DNA of 63,586 nucleotides, filler included, from Choristocarpus tenellus KU-1152 (taxonomy: Eukaryota; Protista; Phaeophyceae), in the NCBI GenBank assembly GCA_964200185.2. It is 9 parts of 9 records of this genome, joined end to end, with 100 filler letters (N's around TTAATTAATTAA, not from the genome) between each part and the next. Parts side by side here need not be neighbours in the genome. Positions count along the whole stretch, not along the records: positions 12,780 to 19,990 come from CAXNAD020006526.1; positions 20,091 to 26,771 come from CAXNAD020007576.1; 7 more parts are not named here. One strand, written 5' to 3'. The position numbers and the translations under genes are program-made. Positions 12,680-25,500 of this stretch are shown here, one piece after another. The stretch's first letter is position 1; the number at the start of each line of letters is the position of its first letter. The notes under the pieces are model-generated. The model saw only the letters and a program-made list of their open reading frames with translations, ran no database searches and had not been told where the DNA came from.

Positions 12680-13151
12680 NNNNNNNNNNNNNNNNNNNNN
12701 NNNNNNNNNNNNNNNNNNNNNNNTTAATTAATTAANNNNNNNNNNNNNNNNNNNNNNNNNNNNNNNNNNNNNNNNNNNNTTTTTATCTTTCCCACCAAAT
12801 GAGTGAAAAACGGGTAACTCGTCTCCTTTTTTTTACATTTTTTTTTTTTGTACAAACGCAAAGATGTCATCAACCACGTCCTCAAATAATTCTAGAAAAA
12901 AAAAATGGTATGGTAGTTTTTGTTTGCCGCCAGAACTCATCTATATCTTCGCCTACAAACAAACAACAGACCTTTTTCCCCTCTTCTCACGGTCCATTTT
13001 TTTTTCTTCTTTATCCCTGGCCTACTCACACACCTGGGGATGGGGCTTTTTTCTGTGTACCCAACCCCTGCTCTGCTCCTTCTTGGTAACACTGCTTTAC
13101 CATGTGGCTCGATGTCGAACTGTGCTTGGTCTTGTACGGAATGGGCGAAAG

Positions 13152-14589
13152 CTTGGTGATATCATCATGTCCATAGACGATGAGCGGGTGGACAGTGAGA
13201 TAGACCTCTTCAAGATTCTTGAGAACCATCAGCCAGGAGATACTGTAACAGTTACCGTAACAAGGTGAGTGGTCATTATTGGGGTGATGAGGTACCATAA
13301 CAGTTTACCACAAGGTGAGCGGTCATTCTTGGGGTGATGAGATCCTGTAACAACATGAGCAGTCATTATTGAGGTGATGTGATGCCGTAACAGTTTACCA
13401 TAACATGGTAAGTGGTCATTATTGAGGTGATGAGATGCCGTAACAGTTTACCATAACATGGTAAGCGGTCATTATTGAGGTGATGAGATGCCATAACAGT
13501 TTACCATAACATGGTAAGTGGTCATTATTGAGGTGATGAGATGCCGCAACAGTTTACCATAACATGGTAAGCGGTCATTATTGAGGTGATGAGATGCCAT
13601 AACAGTTTACCATAACAAGGTGAGCGGGCGATGGGTCGGGGTGCTCTCAAAGTCTGGCACTCCTGCTTTTACTGGAAGAGAAGTGCATTCATATACTTGT
13701 GCGGCATTGTTTTGAGTAAGGCCTCCCCTCTTCACACATGTTACTCGTCCCGATCCAATCCCGTTTTTAACTTTCAGTGTGCTGTGCAGGTTATGGGTTA
13801 GTGTTATAGGGTTATAGGGTTATAGGGTTAGGGTTATGGCTGAGGTTGACCGGAAGTCGTAGCTGACCGGCCCCAATCGGGTTCCCCTTTGAATTAGTTG
13901 TATTGGTTGGTAGGAGGCGAGTTGTTGCGCTCTTCTTTTTTATTATTTATTGTATTGCACTATTTATAGAGGTCCTGTTACACGAGAACATGAATGTCCG
14001 TGTTTTTTTTTGTTTTTTTTGTTTTTTTCTTCTTGTTGTTGTTGTTGTTGGTGCGTGGGTTATATATATTATACTACATATATATATATTATATATAATA
14101 ACCGTTGACATGGCGTGGACATGGCGATTGTATCAATTGGGTCTGCTGGGATATATAGATAATAAGGATAGATGACATCAGTTACACTGGAGCCGATTTG
14201 TTTTACGTGGAACATGGTGAGGCCTTGCGGATTGGCTCTGAGGGGTCCGCGGTCTAGTACTCTACTTGGACTCAAAAAGTTCCGTGCTCACGAACGAAAC
14301 AGTGTCCAACCACACACAAGAAGTATCCAACCACATGTAAACCCGACAATCCTTGCACGACTGCTAGTTTTTAATTGTTGTAATTGAGCATGTAATTGAA
14401 GTGTACCTAAGTGTTGGCAGGCATTTTCTGGCTCATTCCCGATTTTTAAAGAAGACACACACAACTGATCGTGAACTCTGCCCCATGGTAATATTTAATG
14501 TCCCCAGGATCGCTGCCGGTGAGCAGAAGGAGGTGAAGATGTCCTTTGAACTTCAGGAGGCCCGCCCGCCCACGATAGATTCATCATAA
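13152..14589 (+). CDS. Deg/HtrA protease (Deg1-like), last two exons 13152-13264 and 14508-14589, PDZ C-terminus; 5' part missing
   Basis: LGDIIMSIDDERVDSEIDLFKILENHQPGDTVTVTVTR matches the Deg1 PDZ end; AG|GTGAGT joins CAG|G in frame to give R-IAAGEQKEVKMSFELQE. Confidence 0.85.
13238..13625 (+). repeat. 53-bp tandem repeat, about 7-8 copies, spanning the exon end and 5' splice site
   Basis: Units start at 13388, 13441, 13494, 13547, 13600; the first copy is the coding exon end plus GTGAGT. Confidence 0.92.
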
Positions 14590-14879
14590 GCAAGGTGTAC
14601 CTTTTTTGACTCTAGGTTGCGACCAATCATGTCCAGTCCCTAAGAAGTGCTCGTGTTGTGATAGGAGAAAATCAGATGTGACCGATTTAGGAGTAGGAAT
14701 CTTAGATTCAAAACACACTCTGACTTTCTTCTTGTTTTTTTTTTTTTGCTGACAACCCCTTTGATGTCGACCTTGCTAAAGGCACTTGCTTGAGAAGTGC
14801 AGAACATAAAAAACTGGATGGAGCCTGTGCCCTACATTTATGGAAGTATACATACATAGTAAGAGAAAATTGTGAATGC

Positions 14880-16330
14880 ATGGTAAGATTGAAAATCCTT
14901 GTAAATACTTGAAAATCTCCATTGAGTGGCTCCCAGATTGAAGCACCACATGCTGTTGCTTCAAATCTCTGTTCTTGCAGGAACCAGAGGCAGGGCTACA
15001 AGGCGTCAATGACCCTAGGGATAGGGAGGTGTAGACACCAATTCCCGTCCATTTCGTAATACTCTGTACACGTCTACTTTGGCCTTGCTGAAATTTTGCT
15101 TTGAAATATCTTTGCTACTACTTACAGAACATAAGTAAACAGTATGGAGCCGCCCGCAATGACATAATATAATGCTGCAGGTTGAGCAATCAAGCGCAAT
15201 AAGCGTAGGTGGTATGAATGTTGTATATGGATGATGGATGGCGTATGTGGCAAGTGGTACAGTTACGGGATGTAAATTTGCAGGTTTCTTGTGATACGAG
15301 ACCCTGTGGTTCCTCATAAGTATTCCAAAAGTTGTGGCCATTCCTCCTTAACAGTTGCCGTGGTGCCTGCTTAGGGTAGGGACTCTTCTAAGAAAACCCG
15401 GGATTACAAAAAGTGTCTTCTATTGTTGTCATTACGTGTGTTCCTACCTACAACTGTGCTACAGAATATATTCACTGCTAGGGAAGGTCGCAACTGTAGA
15501 TGACATCCACTAACTGGCATCTAATACTGTCACACTCCCACCCTTATTGGTATAGCTGCCTTTTACTTGAATATTGATTTTTCAGTGAAGTGGCAAAGCA
15601 AGGGATGAAACTGGTGCCCTCGTGTTTCATTACCTCTGAGGATCTCTTGAGCAAGTCTGTCTCATCATAATCAATTTCCCCTACCAATTTATATACCGTT
15701 GCTGACTGGGCAGGTGCAGACACGAGACCTGTGCCGACTTCAAACACTGTCACTCAGAAGATAAACCAAAGAGGGAGTACAATAAAACAATCTGGCAAAC
15801 CAAATCCTAGGGAAGCTTGTGGTAACGGATAAATTCTGCTCTGGAAGTTAACCATCTTATCGGTTAAATCGTAACATCAGTCATCGCTGCAGCCCTCATC
15901 GGTCTCCTGCATTTCCCTCCACCGCTGCTACAGTATGTGGTCCAGGGAGGTTAGTAGTTCGTGATGGTGGTACACTTGACAAATCTTGGTAACGGGAAGC
16001 CCAAACACGAGCAGGAGACATTTCCCGTTTACCCTCTGGCGGGCCCTCCACTTTGATGAAAGGGGTAGGGCTTATGTTGATCGATTCAAGTAAAAATATG
16101 CCATGCGTACTGCACCGCAAAATATCCCAAGTTCTGTAACTTTCTTCAGGGACTGCCTTCGAAAAGCCTTCTTTGCCGCTTCATTCTGTGGATATAGTGT
16201 GGGCATTAGGAGACATGAGAGGAACCCTGCGTGAGCTATTTGACAGTTGTGATACATGCGTGAGAAAGCCGGTACATCTCATCGTTAGCGCAGAGTACTC
16301 TCTAATCCGTACATCGATTGAGACATTAGT
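14880..16330 (-). CDS. Possible multi-exon gene of unknown function
   Basis: Several short AG/GT-bounded open blocks (NEAAKKAFRRQSLKKV; KAKVDVYRVLRNGREL); no recognised domain and no complete model. Confidence 0.3.
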
Positions 16331-16807
16331 CAGGTGAGAGCCTGTCGTAGGCAGGGTTATGCTGATCCCTTACATGCCAGTCATGGCCTTACCTCCTAAC
16401 AAACACCGTGCAAAAATTATTAATAGAAACGACTCACTAAATGGAATCTGCTTCGCTTCAAAATTCAACCATGTGACCTAGGTTGGGCAATGTCTGTGGA
16501 CCAGTTTGTCTGCGCTCCAAAAAGAGGAATTCACCTAGAAATCACCACAAGTCATGACACTTCAACCCTCCCCTAGCTCACAGCAAACTAGATCAATCCC
16601 AGTAATTCAGACCAACCTGTTTATATGGCACAATCACCCACATCGTGAAGGAACCTTTAGGTTGTTAATGCTTGTTTTAGGTAAGGTTTGAGGGAGGTTG
16701 CATACAGTAAGGCCTCCCAACACTTAATGAGAACCTGTGGACGATTTCTATGATATGTACACCACACCATTACATCTTGGTTTTGGTAGGTGCAAATCGA
16801 AGAAAAG

Positions 16808-18901
16808 ATGAGCCACGACCGATTAAACTACGAAATGATGAACCAAAATCAGGGCCGATCCCATATCCATGGACAGGGTATCATAAATCCAATAGGTCCT
16901 CCGCCAATAGGCCATTTCCAGGTGCAGCAGCAGCAACAGCAACACCACCCACCACCCCATCTCCAGCACCATGTTCATGGTGACTTTTCTCAAACCTCAC
17001 CTCAACATCATAGCTACGGCTACCACCAACAGTACCCTTTTTATCCACCAGGTTCCAGGGTAGGGACCGATAGCAGTTCATATCGGCAGTCAATGATGGG
17101 GCATGTTGAACCTCTACCGCAAGGGCCACCCCAACCTTCCGGACTTTCGCATCATCATCCACAGCAGTGGTTGGTCAGCCAGCCGCAAGGTCAGTCATAC
17201 GATTATGCACCACCTCCACCAGCTGGGATATACTCCCCTGTCGATGCTAGTCAAGGTCACAGGGCGGGTGGACAATGTGAGGGACCTTGGCACAGGCCAT
17301 GCCCGAATAGGTTCAAATCAGCGATCCCTAGACGCTCCTCAAGCGGGGGAGATGGGTTCTTTGGGCCCAGCGAAGCTCCGACAAATGTACGAGCTTGCGA
17401 GCAATCCGGGGGACCATGGCATTGGCCATGTCCAAGTCGGTCCTCGTCAGGGACCGCTGACCCCCTGACAGACAAAAGTAGCAAGATCCTCGCAGCAAGG
17501 GCAGGTCAAACAGATGTCTTGAGGGGGGGAGATATTAGCCGTCAGGTGGTAGGTACTCCTAAACAAGAGAGAGGAACTACGAAGAAAGGCAATGGCGATA
17601 CCGGTTTCGGGCGTGAGGGGGTAGAAGTACGATCCGCGACCCAAACTGCAGAGGTAGGGACCTATGAGGGAGCGGCAAAGGAGAGTGCGATGATAGTGGC
17701 CGCGGAGTGCAAGCCATGCGGGAAGAAATTCGTGTCAGAAGATGCCCGACAGGCCCACCTCAAGTCCCACGTTCCATGCCCCGAAAGTGGTTGTAATTTT
17801 ACGGCCGTCCGGAAGGTTATGTCAGGTCATCATGCCTCTGTACACGGTCACTTGAGTGGGTCGGGATTCGAGGTGAGATCAGAGTTTCAGCAGGCATTGC
17901 AATGGCACACAATAAACGGTGGACTCAAAGGTGTGTAATTCTTTGGATGACCAGAAAATACGTTAATTGCACACAATGTTCCAGATACCTTGCTACAACA
18001 ATATTACTGTGCGACTTCATCTTTTCTGACCTCAGGAGGTGGTATTGTATTATGCATGAGCTTCTGGCTTCCCATGCTCGTCCCCTTGCTTGACACTGTG
18101 CGCACGTTACATTTCGGTTTATAACCTTTGATGTGTTGAATGGTGCAATCTATGTCAGATATATTCTCGCAGTCCATGCATGGGACAGGGTTTTTGTTTT
18201 TCTCCAGTGAGTAGCTTCAACTGTTATACACACATGGACACGAACATTCAGGCCTTCATACATGATGCTTGACCTGCTATGATTGCGTTATCTCCAGATG
18301 ATTGATGTGGAGGGGCAAAAGTTTCGAGTGCTGCTGGGAACGAACCCTGATGAGGTGGCCTTGTGGAGGGCAGAGAGGCGAAAAAATTGGCCTTCAAGAG
18401 ATAACATTTCCAGGTTCTGCCAATCCCTAACCCTAACCATACAAAAAAAAAAAAGACCCAGTTGATTGTCCGTTGTGCTCCAGTAGAGCATGTGTCGCAC
18501 CATGAGAGACGAGAACGTCTTGCGTGATAGTTCAGCTGTTCACAGTGATCTTGTTCCTGTCTCTTTTCTTGCTTGTGTCAAATTGTTGTTTTGATGTGAT
18601 CTCCTTCTTCAATTTTTTTTTTTCAATTTTTGTGTGCGTGTGTGTGTGTGCTCTTGAAGACATCGATTGGTAATGTCGTGGAGTGCCTGCTGCTGAAGTT
18701 GTTGTCAGGCTGAAGTCTGAAAGTTTGCCATAGTTTAAGCCACAGTATGTATGTCCACAACCAGCATATGTTCGTTTTGTCGATCGAGGTATATGCAGTT
18801 GGTTTTTGTGGCAGTCTGTTGCAGCAGTCAATCATCACATGTAATTTGAGTTTGTTTTTTTCTATTCCTTCGTATCTGATCCGTTGTCTGGAACAGACTA
18901 A

Positions 18902-18956
<55 letters not shown>

Positions 18957-19990
18957 CTCTTTCTTTCTTTCTTTTCCTCNNNNNNNNNNCGCCTTTTCCT
19001 TCCTTTCCTATCTGTTCCGTTGTCCGGAACAACCCAACCTGCCCCCCCCCCCCCCCCCACCCTCCGCCCCCCGCCCCCCCTAACATTTTGTTTTGTATTT
19101 GCATTTGTTCATGTTTGTTTTTGTTTGTTTTTACTCGTTCATTTAAGGATGTAACTGTTAAAGTAACGCCCATACAGCATCACATGGCTGAGTACGTTGA
19201 AAGAGTTGTGCTTCACATAGGTGGTGTATACACACGCCCCAACAGATTGCGCATGTAAACCAAAAACATGTTTTGTTTTGTTTTTTTAACAGAAGGTTAA
19301 TTGCTACGAGGTCAGCGTTGGGCGTATGCCCCCCCCCCCCTCACCCACCCACCCATGATTCCTTTCTCTTCCCTTCTCTCCCCTTATTCTCCTTGTTTCT
19401 GTCCTATATAACTTAACCCTTAATCCCCCAACTCCATCCGACCCATCCGACCTATCCGTTGCGTTCTGCCTTCTGCCTTCTGCGTTCTCGGTTGACTCAC
19501 AGAAAAGACACCGAGGCTGAAAAGCGTCGGAGTCTTGGGGACCTTGGTCCAGACCTGGGACCAAGTGGCCGGCGCAAGGGAGGCAAGAACCGAGACGTTA
19601 GAAGTTCTAGGTCCCAGCGCGGGGGCAGGGGCAGGGGCAGGGGCAGGGGCAGAGGAGGCAGACATGAGGCGAGGGGATACACTGAACCGTACGGTAACGA
19701 CAGGGAGAACCAAATAGGAGGCCTTCCACCTGCCTTGGTGGCGAAGATAGAGATGTTGGGAAAAGAACAGGCAAGGGGTGGAGGGCAACAGGAGGAGCCT
19801 TTGGGAAGTGCTGTTGTTGAGTCGGGGTCTATTAAAAACATGGGGGAACAGGCCGGCGGTGGGAAAAGTGGAGGGATGGGGGTTGATGGCAGCCTCGACA
19901 CTGAAGGAGCAGTTGGTTCTGAAGTGAAAGCTACTGTATTGGGGGTGGAGGCGGCGGAAGCGGTGGTTTTGGGAGCGGGGGGAGGAGGGG
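16808..19990 (+). CDS. NUFIP1: NUFIP1/Rsa1-like snoRNP assembly factor; exons 16808-17872, 18298-18413, 19503->19990; 3' truncated
   Basis: Q/P-rich N-terminus, tandem C2H2 fingers (CKPC...H...H; CPESGC...H....H), NUFIP1 motif NPDEVALWRAERRKNWPS, RG-rich region; splice phases consistent. Confidence 0.85.
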
Positions 19991-20090
19991 NNNNNNNNNN
20001 NNNNNNNNNNNNNNNNNNNNNNNNNNNNNNNNNNTTAATTAATTAANNNNNNNNNNNNNNNNNNNNNNNNNNNNNNNNNNNNNNNNNNNN

Positions 20091-22249
20091 CTTGTCTGCT
20101 AGCAAGTCGGTGGCGCAGCTCTTCCACCACGGCATTATCACGGGGTGTGGCACGATCAACCTTTGGGTCTAGATTGGCAGTGTCAATAAGGATCTGGTCC
20201 AGTATGTGGAGGAAGGGGGGGCGGGAGCACATCAGAAATCTACTTTTGCTGAAGGAGAATGAAGTGCTCGTTTTTGTACAACAGCATACAGAAAATGCTT
20301 TGAATTTGTGAAAATACATACATAATTATGTGCAGGAGTGTGTACATGCGGCATGTTAAATGGAGATAAGAGGGGTAAAAAAAAAAGAAAAGCCTCAGAT
20401 CATCTGCATCAATTCATAGTGTACAGGCATCATGTTTGTTGAATCTCCTGATAACCACCTGCACAGATTATATAGGTTAAGCTTGACCTGGTTCCATTTC
20501 AGGCAACATGCTATTCATCAAGGCCCCAACCAAGGACAAACTTACCACACCCAAAAGAAGGCGCGCCACATCTTCAGCAACTGAGTCAGGAGCCAACGAC
20601 AACATGCGCTCTGCCACCATAGTACAACAGGAACCCACCAAGGCCTTACCCGGAACAGACTCAGCATCAAATGCAATGTCCCTGAATGTAGAAATGGGTA
20701 GCAGTGGTGGTGGTGGTAGTGATGGCAGCAATATAAAGCTGAAGATTTACTCTTCTTCGTAGTATACTAGATATAAAGACATCACATTTAGAGACTTTGG
20801 AGGCGAATCCAACGGAGGTGATGGGTTGGGATGCTGGGAATGGGCCACACATGGAGCTGAAAGCATTGTTGTTCTGTTCTGAACTCTGATATGTATTGTA
20901 TAAATGGAAGGAAAGCGTGTAGAATAGCGCTGCCAAAAAATATAGGGGAGTCAAAGGTGTCCTCTGACACCATACAATCATCAAAACACTAGAAATGATC
21001 TATTTTCTGGAGATAATTTGTCCTATGTCAATGATGGCAGCACAGAACACCAACATCAAAGAAGCATGTAAAACAGGACGATCACAGAGTCCATATTAGC
21101 ATCATATCACAGGGAAATGGGGAGCAAGTGCAAACATGCTGAGATTGTGGGGGGGCAGGATACACATGTCATGGTGCCAATCTTCAGATAGTATCCAAGA
21201 TACACCAGATGGGCCATAACCCTCACCCTTTGTCCACCAGTTTGAAACCCTCCCATATAGCAGAAAATTAGAGCACTACGCAGGGATTTCCCACTCACCT
21301 AGAATCTCCATCCACTTCTAGATGCTCCTTGGTATCGAGATGGTGATCCACTATCTCTACAACGGAATTGCTTAGCCCTTTGTGATTGCCAGCCAAAGCA
21401 TTGTGATCGGTCAAAGTGAGTCGGAGCCTCCCCTCAGCCTGTAGCGCTGCTAGGTCCACTTCATCGGAAAATACGACTGATACGGGATCTACATCGCAGA
21501 GGTCGAACAATACCAGGACCTCTTGCCGCAGGGCGAGGTCCTCTCGAGGAATGGACATCACTGAGAGCCAAGAATCGGCGAGATAGTTTCGACGGTATGA
21601 AGGACGACGCTGAAGTTGGAAGAGGATAGCGAACAGAACAAGGGCGCATGTGCACAACGAGATGGGCTGCTATAGACGATGCATCTCCCATCTTTATGAA
21701 GACTATATTCATACTAATTGATCATGCTTCATCACAAGTAGCAGGGACCACGCAGAACTGGACCAGGTCATCGTCAATCGAGATGAGGGTCTCACCTGGA
21801 ACGAATTGAATTGTCTTCTCCACACCATCATCCCCCGCTATCACTGCGGGGGTGATTGACTTGAGAAAGGCCAGGCACATAGCACTGCATATCGAGTCTG
21901 CATCGCAAGCCTGATTGCCCACGACAGCATGAACTATATCCACCTCCGCAAAGCCTATTCTCGCGCCAGCAGCACTCTTTTGAAGGAAGTGTGAAAATCC
22001 TTCTTCGTACTTCCCCTTATCCTCTCCCGAAGTGATGGACATGGAGGATCCGAGCGTCGACCCTTCCCTGATCCTTGTCACAGGGTATTTGGAGGGTGGT
22101 CCTTTGGAAGCCTCGTTTGCAACTCCCGATTTCCCTCCAAATAGATACGACCCAGAAAGCGAATGAGCTCTTGGTGATAGAACGAGACACACCAAGGCCG
22201 ACAGTTTCCTTCTGATATGGTCTCTACAGGGAAAGATGTACTGGTACAT
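20091..22249 (-). CDS. PRUNE: Prune-like DHH exopolyphosphatase; exons 22249 (or 22042)-21796, 21560-21299, 20681-20546, 20193->20091; 3' truncated
   Basis: GNQACDADS, LTDHN, IVDHH, VGSCCT and ILIDTANLD motifs in canonical order; all junctions GT-AG and in frame. Confidence 0.93.
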
Positions 22250-22562
22250 CCACAAAGTACGTTGACGGAGACAACTGATCACCACCAGATAGACTTTCTT
22301 CCTTTCAACCTTGACCAAAACGCTTGCCAGGGCTTTTGTTGATTAGCAAAACTTCCACCGTATGTGTTTAATTTACCCTTGACAGCATGAGGTTGTCCTT
22401 TGCGAATTGCCAAGACGAGAGATCGTTGTCTCTATTTATTTATCTTTGTTTTGCTGTTTGTTAGGGAACGAGGAAGGCGTCCCTCGAACTGGCTCTATCT
22501 CGTGAGTATGTGTTGTTTGAGTTTGATTTTGAACTTACAAGTCAAACCAGTCAACCTCTTCA

Positions 22563-25500
22563 ATGGCTTGTCGTGATAGACCCGATAGCCTCATCCTCCC
22601 ATTAGACAAAGACCTCCGAGAATACTGCGGCTATGTCGAGGCGATGGTGAGAAAAGTTCTTGGGCAATTGGGTCCTAGAACGTTCGATGTAAAGTTATTC
22701 CAAGTCACAACGCAAGGTCGATCACCTCACCTTTTGACAATGTTCACCTTCGCACACGTTCATTGACCTCGGTTATACGCTTTGGAAACAGTCAGGAAGG
22801 TAGTTTACAGAGTAAAATTTCGCCTCTATTTCATCAGGGTCGACAATTCAGAGTGTCCCTCACATGCAAGGATGGTCCTGGGACAGCAGTTGATTTGGGC
22901 TCCTTTCGGTGCGACCCGGAGTTGTCACAGCTGCTGCAGGAGAAGGGCGTAGCAAGGACGCTTCAACCACGCCTTGCGCAGGTTGGGAATTTGGAGGGGT
23001 TCATGGCTGAACTGAAAGACGTGGTAGAAAAGGTGTGATGAACGTAGGATCTATGGTCGAGGAGGGATGATTTCCTACCTTTTTTTCCTTTCTCGTGTCT
23101 TCCTTGCAATAGAAACCCTTAGCTCATACCCTTCTAGTGCCTGTATTGACTATCGCCTCTATATGCACATGATGTTTGTTTGCCCGGATTGACCTCCTTC
23201 TAATCTATCTTGTCCTTAATCCTCATATTACTCTTGCCTTCTCATTTCTTCAGTCTAGAAATAAACGACCCAGCCTAAACGACCCAGCCTAACCCACTTG
23301 ATTAATTGAGATGGACTCAATATTGATACTCGTATTAAAGCACAAGATTTTCAATTTATCCCTTGTATCATGCTCGGCCCAGGTACTGCGATCATCTCCT
23401 GAGCAGGAACCCCCTCCCGCCGAGTTCTACACCCGGCTGGTGTCTGAGATCGATGCTGTGGGTTGGACGCATCTTGTGTCCATGGACTCCATGCTTACCG
23501 CTCTGCAGCTGAGAGCCCGCGACAAAGCAGGTGTTTTTTTTTCTGCTCGGCCAGTCCTCTATAGGTGTACTTAACAATTTTCTTGAAACCACCTATTCAT
23601 TTGTGTGTTCAACCTGTTTGCCCTCCGCTTCTCTGATATTAATAGCCAAGGCTTGCCAGGGCTAACTCAATTTCGTGTTGAAAGTTCTGATCTTCCCTCT
23701 TCGATACCATTGCCCATAATGTCGCTTTTTTACCATCATGGGGACTAACCAGGGCGAGAGCATGTGCTAGCTTTAAGTATCCCTAGCGACTACCCGCTTA
23801 CACCCCCTGCATGCTTCGCAGATCTTCCCAAACCCCTCGATCTCAGGTGAGGCTGCCTCCCCTGTTATCCTCTTAACTCTTACCCGTTTTCAGAGCAGCA
23901 AAAATGGCAATCGGTAGGTTCGAGAGTAACAACATTTGGTTTGGTTTAAGTCAGTAAAGGTTTAATATTTACCTCACACAGATAGAAAATTTTGAGTACA
24001 CATCCAGTATATTCCTATATTTTTTTGGAGATGCTGATGGATGGAAGCACCAACACCCCTACAACTCTCACCGATTGTACAAAGGAGGAGAGAGAGCACA
24101 TCATGTGATAAGCAAGTGCTTTCAAGCATTATCCATAGGGATGTACCTCTACAAGTAGTGCAATCACACTGCTGTCATGGTTTGTACTCTGGAGTTTATT
24201 GTGTGTACTATATGCATGGACGTGTGTATTCTAAGGGGCCAATAAGACTCTATTGTGGTTAAAAGGAGTGCACTACGTAGCTCTTTAGAGTCAAAGTATC
24301 TTAGAGGGTATAGCCGTATCCATTTGGGGGCCGAAATCCAATGTTGTGATTTCGATAAAATTTTGGTTATTGTGTTTGTTGGAAAGTGTCAATATCCTTG
24401 TTCTGGACACCCATTTTCATATCGTATACATTTTACCCACTCCAGAACATTTTCGAGTAGTTAATATGTCATAAGAAACCCCTAGGAAGCCAAAACTCAA
24501 ATGGATGAACAGGGCAAAACTCGTACCCTCTCAGATACTTTCACTCTTACACCGTTCAGAGCAGGTGCATCCAGTTCAAAATCGCTAAGAGTCACACCAG
24601 CAGGTGCTTGGATGTGAGCTGATTCCCTTTTTCCATGGGATGAATCAGAGTTTGGGGGTGGGTCACCACTGGGCTTTGCTTGTGAAGGGTGAACCCTATC
24701 CCCAACCGCCTTTTAATAAACGGAGGCAGTGTATCAATGTATATCAATGTCTCAACCACACCCTTATTGTGGTACTGAACAGGGAGCTCTCTCAACAACC
24801 CTTGCACAACCATGTTGTCTGTGTTTGAACTGCCGAACACATGGGCTGTTCAGGAGAGATGAGACTGACGTGATTGCCATTGTATCCCTCCTCAAATGTA
24901 GACTCTTTTTGTTCTTCAAAAGGTCGCAATCCATCGACCACATCCTCCCTCCCTGCAGTGTCAAACTCTCCTGAGGCAGCCTCCATTGTTACTTACTGCT
25001 GCTGCTGTTGGCTGTGCCAATGTGCTTATGAGACTGGCAGGGGTGCTATTGTGCGGGGCCGTACACATCAATGTTCACTAAGTGCACGCCATCCATTTTA
25101 TTACAAAATCCCTCACCAAGTGCTTAACCCACCGTCCTGAGAGATCCGCGAGTGGATGCTTTAGGTGTGCAGCTGCATCGTTGGATGGGCTATGTGCCCT
25201 GTATCAGTCTTAGATATCCCAACCCCCAACCAAACTTACCTACCTACCTGCCTACACTCACACACACACATACACACACACACAGGATACATTCATCTAG
25301 AGGAATTCTGTTGGGATTACATTGGACTTCTTTTTTGTTTTTTTTAAAGGGAGTGTGCTGGTGATGTGCCCGTGCTCTCCCTCGGGACGCCTGCCTCTAA
25401 AAATATGAATACACTTTTTCGTGTTTATTAGTGCATGTGGATCTGTGCACTTGATAGTAACGTGATGGTGGGTGCCTTAGTGTCTGCCATGGTATGTACC

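Noticed and set aside
14199-14214. parS-like palindrome TGTTTTACGTGGAACA (gives the MFHVKQ frame)
   Set aside because: Single imperfect copy in a eukaryotic intron with no par genes; chance is sufficient.
18906-19080. Poly-Pro or poly-Gly ORFs and G-quadruplex candidates
   Set aside because: Intronic poly-C runs next to gaps; lengths are unreliable, and similar tracts mark many contig ends.
19991-20200. Continuation of NUFIP1 across the linker
   Set aside because: The sequence after the linker is a - strand Prune exon on another contig.
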